A DNA stretch of 63,550 nucleotides, the filler included, from Guillardia theta CCMP2712 (taxonomy: Eukaryota; Protista; Cryptophyta), in the NCBI RefSeq assembly GCF_000315625.1. It is 8 parts of 8 records of this genome, joined end to end, with 100 filler letters (N's around TTAATTAATTAA, not from the genome) between each part and the next. Parts side by side here need not be neighbours in the genome. Positions count along the whole stretch, not along the records: positions 56,875 to 60,625 come from NW_005434659.1; positions 60,726 to 61,984 come from NW_005434601.1; positions 62,085 to 63,550 come from NW_005434534.1; 5 more parts are not named here. One strand, given 5' to 3'. The position numbers and the translations under genes were made by a program. Shown piece by piece: positions 58,208 to 63,550 of the stretch (positions within the stretch are counted from its first letter, which is position 1; each line of letters begins with the position of its first letter). The notes under the pieces are model-generated. The model did not search any database, was not told the DNA's origin, and was given only the letters and a program-made list of their open reading frames with translations.

Positions 58208-60625
58208 ATGCTGAAGCTGGTGGTGCTGTTGGGAGCTGTCGCGACAGCTGGTAAGAGGGAGAGATGGACGTGACGCAATGGCGAGGAACTTCGAGACTTG
58301 AAGATTTACACACGGACAGGGAAGAAGTGTGAGAGACCAGGCTAAGCTGTCTGGCTCTTTACAGACGCAGAAATAGTGAGAGAAAGAGATATGCGAGCTG
58401 GGAGAGGAAAGGCACATGGAGGAGGAGAAGTAAGAGATAAGACTTAGTTAGGGCGAGGATCGGGACAAAAGATGCAGGGAGGGGTGGGAGCGAATTGATT
58501 CTTATCTTTATGACTTCAAGTGCCTCAGGAGGATTTTCATCTCCTTCGCTTGTCAAGCTATCGAAACATTCACTGCCTCGATGCTCTCCCCGCATTTGTC
58601 GGGCTTCCAGACCTCAGCGACCTAGACAGTGTTGGGGGGCATGCCTGCCAGACAGTCAAGGTTCAGAGGCCGCAAGGGTGCCTGAGAGCATCGATGAGGT
58701 TGGACACCCGGCGACACGGCAGGAGCATGACGCGTGAGCAGGCATGTCAGCAATGCCGGTCAGCTGCTCGCAGTGCGATTCTCTCGGGGCAGCGGAGGAT
58801 ACGAGCAGACGTCCTGACGCCAGACTTTGATATGCTGAGTCGAGGTGTTGCGGCAGCCTGACGAGCAACCCCAGTGACTTGCAGCAGGATACGATGAGGA
58901 CGCGTTTCACGCACTGTGCGTGCAGCTGCTGGAAGAGGTCGGAGCTCTGGTGTCGCAGGAGATTCGGGTGATTTTCCAGAGCGAAGAGAGCAAGGAGAAG
59001 GCTCTTCGATTCATCGAGAGCAGGAAAGTCCAACTGCTGCCGTGCTGGGTCACTGACACTTCTCCAGCAACTCCAGTCTCCTTGGGGAAGCACAGATGGT
59101 CTATGAGACGATTAGTAGCTCAGGCCTCTTGGAGCAGCAGGCCGATCAGAGAGGAGCGGTCGTGCTGATCGCTCCCAGTAACTTCGGAGGGGTGAGGCTC
59201 CTCCTGCCTTCTCTTTTGCTGACTGACTGACTGCAGGCCAAAGTGACTTCCCAGGTGCGAAAGATCCTGCAGAATAGCGAGACCTCTGTGGTGCTGGTGC
59301 TGAACCAGTACCTTGACGCCCTCGGACCAGACGGTTGCTTCTCTCCTTCGCTTCACCTCTGATGGCGAAGAGCAGGGAGGTCTGTCGGGACCCTGCCCTA
59401 CGAGATGTTCACCATGCACACCGCCTACTACCTTCAAGTGACTCATCTATCTCCTTCGTCTTCGATCCTCCTCGACGTGACCGTTTGCAGCCCTTCGCGT
59501 TGCAGGAGAGGGCTTTTTATGAAAGAGAGCGGGCCGTGACCTCAAGACCAGCAGCCTCCATGGTGGCTAAGCTTCTCCTCTTACGACAGACGCCTTCAGA
59601 CGTGAGATCCTTGCTCTTCCTTCCTCTGCTGGTGCTGACCTGAGGCCCCGCTTCTCCTGTCTCTCCCTCTTCTTCCGGCTGTAGTGGGCCTTCATGGCCT
59701 TTGAGCCCGAGGACGCGAGCTACACGACCCTTAAGCGGGTGAGAGCTGCTGTCTCTTGCTGCTCATGACGCTTCCAAGTTCCGAACCAAACCATCGGAGA
59801 AAACTTTACTAGACATCTGCAAGGAATTTGTGGCAAGTAGGGGCAAGCGAAGAGAGAGACAAGGGAGCGTGAACGCGTGAGGGCTCGGGAGTGAGCTTGA
59901 TCAACATAACGGCCTGGCAGGAAGGACGCAGGCCTGGACGTGCCGATGGATGACAAACCAGCGGAGGTGAAGATGTCGCTGAAAGCTGGAGGGCAACGAC
60001 TGACCTTGCCTCAGATCGATCCTCAGCTGCTCGAATCCCTTGAGAGGATGATGAGAGAGGGTCGTGAGGACTAGGGACTCCTCCTCCTCCTCCTCCTCCT
60101 CCTCCTCTCGAACTCTCCACAAGCCCGCTCTCCCCCCCTTGCATGTCCTCCTCCTCGTCCTTGATCGGGGCGCTTGTATTCGGACGTGATTGTCGATCAA
60201 TGAGTCCCTCTACTTGTATTTTATCTCCCCATCTGTATGTGCCTAGGAGGAAGAAAGTGCTGGCAAGGGTCACCTCTGGCCTTACGCGTCCTCTGGCCCG
60301 TCCTTCCGAACGTCCAGCTACGGGAGAAGATCCGAAGGTTGGCTGGTGGACACTGTGGGGTGGGATGAAATCATGGCATGGAGGAGAGGAAAAGCAACAA
60401 GGCTTCTCACTTTCGTGTTCGATCTGGTCGATTGCTCGTTTACTTACTTCCTGTTCTTCCTATTGTCTCTTGCTCGGATTGCTGGCTGCTGGGAGTCCGC
60501 GAAGCTCCAGACCCTCACCTGTCAGAGCTTCTTCAGGCGGAACTCCAATGCTCCCTGCGTATTGGCTCGGCTGCTTGACGTAGGAAGCTGAAGAGTCTGC
60601 TCTCTCTACAACCAGAATGCTCGAA
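58208..60625 (+). CDS. Hypothetical multi-exon protein with signal peptide and possible plastid transit peptide (3'-partial)
   Basis: MLKLVVLLGAVATA, then after an intron GFSSPSLVKLSKHSLPRCSPR; many GT-AG exons. Confidence 0.45.
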
Positions 60626-61082
60626 NNNNNNNNNNNNNNNNNNNNNNNNNNNNNNNNNNNNNNNNNNNNTTAATTAATTAANNNNNNNNNNNNNNNNNNN
60701 NNNNNNNNNNNNNNNNNNNNNNNNNGAGAGGAGGAGGAGGAGGAGGAGGAGGAGGAGGAGCACGAGAAATGAGAGGTAGCTGCAGTAGAGACGACTACGA
60801 TACCAAGGGTGTTAGGAGCGTTCATATGCCGCGTAAGAGCATGACGGATGGAGAGGGCGAAGAAGAGAGCGAGAGGATTGAATTTCAGTGATGAAAGAGA
60901 GGAGAGAGCGGATAGAAGACTCAGGGAGGTGGAAGGAGTGGGAGTGGGAGGAGCGGGAGGAGCGGGAGGAGAGAGGAGAGAGGAGAGAGGAGAGAGGAGA
61001 GAGGAGAGAGCAGCATGAACAGGAAAGAAGGGAGAAGTAGAGTGGAGGGATGAGTACCGCTGGACTCACTCTTCATCCGCAG

Positions 61083-61909
61083 GCACTTTTCTAGCAATGA
61101 ATCTCTCCCGGAGGAGAAGGAAGAGTGTCAGACACGCGTCTGCCATCTCGAGAGGGAGAGGAAGAGGAAGAGAGGGAGCGCAGAGATGAGGAGAGGATGC
61201 GGTGTTTTTCCTCATGGAGTTGACAAGGTTGTGCCATGGCGGTGCCCTGCTGTTCTGCGGCCCCAACCACAACTTGATATGGAGGACACAGCCATGCTCC
61301 CTGCCTGCCTGCCTACAAGTTGACAAGAAGCGCCGCCTGCTCCCCCTTCCTCTCCTCTCCTCCCTCCCCGATGACTCCGCACCCCGGACGACCAGCGAGC
61401 AGCCGCAGGGGACGACGACGGGGATGCGAAGCTACGTGGGGGAAGGGCCGAAGGCAACGCGAGGGTGGACGGGAGAAACAGCCAAGGCGCTAGTGGAGGC
61501 GATGAGGAGGTGGGACTGGTTGTCAGGGTGGCTACAGGACGAGCTACAGGACATAGAGGCGTCCATGGGGTACGACATACCGGGAGGAAGACAGATCGTG
61601 GAGTATGACCCGCACTTCCTGTCGAAGCTGGGATGGCTGATTAATCTGAGAGGAAGCATCTTCAACATTCGATTCATTCATGTACAGTTCCTCCTCCTCC
61701 TCCTCCTCGCCGTCCTCTACGCGTTCGCTGCCGACCACTACAGCGTCATGGTGGACTTCGTGGCGTCGGACCTGTCCTCTTTCAGCCGGTCGCAGTGGCT
61801 GTCCCTTCCTATCATCACGCCGCAGACAGCCGCTCTCTCCTTCGTCAGCGGCGTCCTTGGCTTCTTCCTCTCGCTCTTCAATTCTCTTGGGCTTGCGCTG
61901 TGGTGGAAG
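61083..61909 (+). CDS. Bestrophin-like membrane protein (partial)
   Basis: LINLRGSIF plus a TM helix, then FVSGVLGFFLSLFNSLGLALWWK, resembling the bestrophin GS(I/V)...LGF..xxRWW layout. Confidence 0.55.
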
Positions 61910-62124
61910 GTGAGAGAGGAAGAGGAGGAGGGGAGAGGGGGGAGGAGGGAGGGAGGGGGGGGGAGGGAGGGAGGAGGAGGAGGANNNNNNNNNNNNNNNN
62001 NNNNNNNNNNNNNNNNNNNNNNNNNNNNTTAATTAATTAANNNNNNNNNNNNNNNNNNNNNNNNNNNNNNNNNNNNNNNNNNNNGAGGGAGGGAGGGAGG
62101 GAGGGAGGGAGGGTAGAGACACCT

Positions 62125-62577
62125 GACACTCTATCCCATCTTTTGGGCCTCCAGAGCACCAGTAGGTGGGGACCCATCTTGCTCCATCTATGGTCAGACA
62201 TTCTTCCCGTGTCCTGACGACTTTCCCCATCCCGTTGAGCTCCGAACATCGGCCTTGCTGTGCGCAGGAGACAGTGAGGAGTGAGAAGGGAAGGACGGAG
62301 GAAGGGGAGAGTAGGAGGAAGAGAGGGAGGAGGAGGAAGATGAGGAGGAGGAGGGAACAGAAAGAAAGCAGCGAGTGGAAAAGAACAGGGAGGAGAAGAA
62401 ACGGGGAAGGGATCAGGAAGGAGCACGAAGGAGAGTAGAGTCGGAAATTTACCTCTTGGCAACGACTTGTGTCCATCACTGTGTCATCTGAGAATCGTTG
62501 TCTAGTTCCAACAACCTTGCAGGTGACATTGAAGGCTGACGAGGACATGGAGAAAAGGGGGAGAGTAAGAACGGGGC

Positions 62578-62616
<39 letters not shown>

Positions 62617-62677
62617 CGACGACGACGACGACGACGACGATGATGATGATGATGATGATGATGGAGATGATGATGGA

Positions 62678-62712
<35 letters not shown>

Positions 62713-62896
62713 GGATGATGATGATGATAGAGTTTGGCATGCTGTCGATGTTAGTGATGATGTTGAGACGGACGTTTTTAGGGTGGGGTTGGGGATGGGT
62801 AGGGTTGTGGAGGATGAGGATGAGGATGAAGAGCAGGTGGAAGAGGAACAGGAGGGAGAGGAGGAGGAGGAAGATGATGATGATGGTGATGATGGA

Positions 62897-62934
<38 letters not shown>

Positions 62935-63450
62935 GGAGGCCGGGGAGGAGGAGGAGGAGGAGGAGGAGGAGGAGGAGGAGGATGAGTTGTTAGTGCCTGG
63001 AGGAGGGGAGGGTATGCGCAGCTGAGAGCAGTGAAGGTACTATCCCCTCACCAAGGTCGGAGAAAGATTCCCAAAGAACGACCCAACAGCTCAACCTGTC
63101 CTTGAGCCAAAGGTGAACCAACCTTTCCTGGTCTCCTCGTCCTCCTCGTCCTCCTCGTCCTCCTCGTCCTCCTCGTCCTCCTTGTCCCCCTTGTCCTCCT
63201 CGTCCCCCTCGTCCTCCTCGTCCCCCTCGTGCTCGTGCTCGTGCTCGTCCTCGTGCTCGTCCTCGTGCTCGTGCTCGTGCTCGTCCTCGTCCTCGTCCTC
63301 ATGCCCCTCCTTGGTCCCTGTCTCTCGTCTTGTTGCTACTGGTGAAGCTTCTACTTCTCACATCTTTCAGCCGGACTCGCGTCAGACCTATCTCCATGCT
63401 CTCCTCGCCTCCATCGCCCGTGTGGAAGCCGAAGGATATGCGCAGCTGAA
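62125..63450 (-). CDS. Internal exons of a hypothetical Cys-containing, probably extracellular protein
   Basis: Exons such as RCSELNG...EECLTIDGARWVPTYWCSGGPKDGIECQ between microsatellite introns. Confidence 0.4.
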
Positions 63451-63496
63451 GGTGAGAGGAGGAGGAAGAGGAGAAAGATGATGATGATGATGATGA

Positions 63497-63535
<39 letters not shown>

Positions 63536-63550
63536 TGATGATGAGTAGAT

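Overview
Eukaryotic nuclear DNA, very probably from a cryptophyte alga (inference from short GT-AG introns, bipartite plastid-type presequences, a cryptophyte-type HTH family and microsatellite-filled introns). The window is a concatenation of about 8 contigs joined by artificial N-TTAATTAATTAA-N linkers (near 8.4, 29.6, 48.9, 54.0, 56.8, 60.7 and 62.0 kb), so adjacency across linkers is not biological. The highlight is contig 29660-48892, which looks like a right chromosome end terminating in (TTTAGGG)n. Its telomeric array contains a 5'-truncated non-LTR retrotransposon (RT, degenerate RNase H-like region, CCHC finger, restriction-like endonuclease, AATAAA and a (TAC)n tail; 37109-48329). 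That element is interrupted by a young Ty3/gypsy chromovirus (38922-44877; near-identical LTRs, CATCG target-site duplication, -1 frameshift signal). It is followed by a 379-bp non-telomeric fragment between two more telomere arrays. Recognisable host genes: TBC Rab-GAP, WW protein, L7Ae-like protein, U-box ligase, alkaline ceramidase, double-PAS protein, CFAP100-like, GT41/OGT-like TPR protein, bestrophin-like protein and duplicated HTH genes. Also present are two related minisatellites overlapping gene ends, a scrambled palindromic RLE-retroelement relic and recurrent GC-rich promoter-like islands. All calls come from reading motifs by eye; no database searches were run, and multi-exon gene coordinates are approximate spans.
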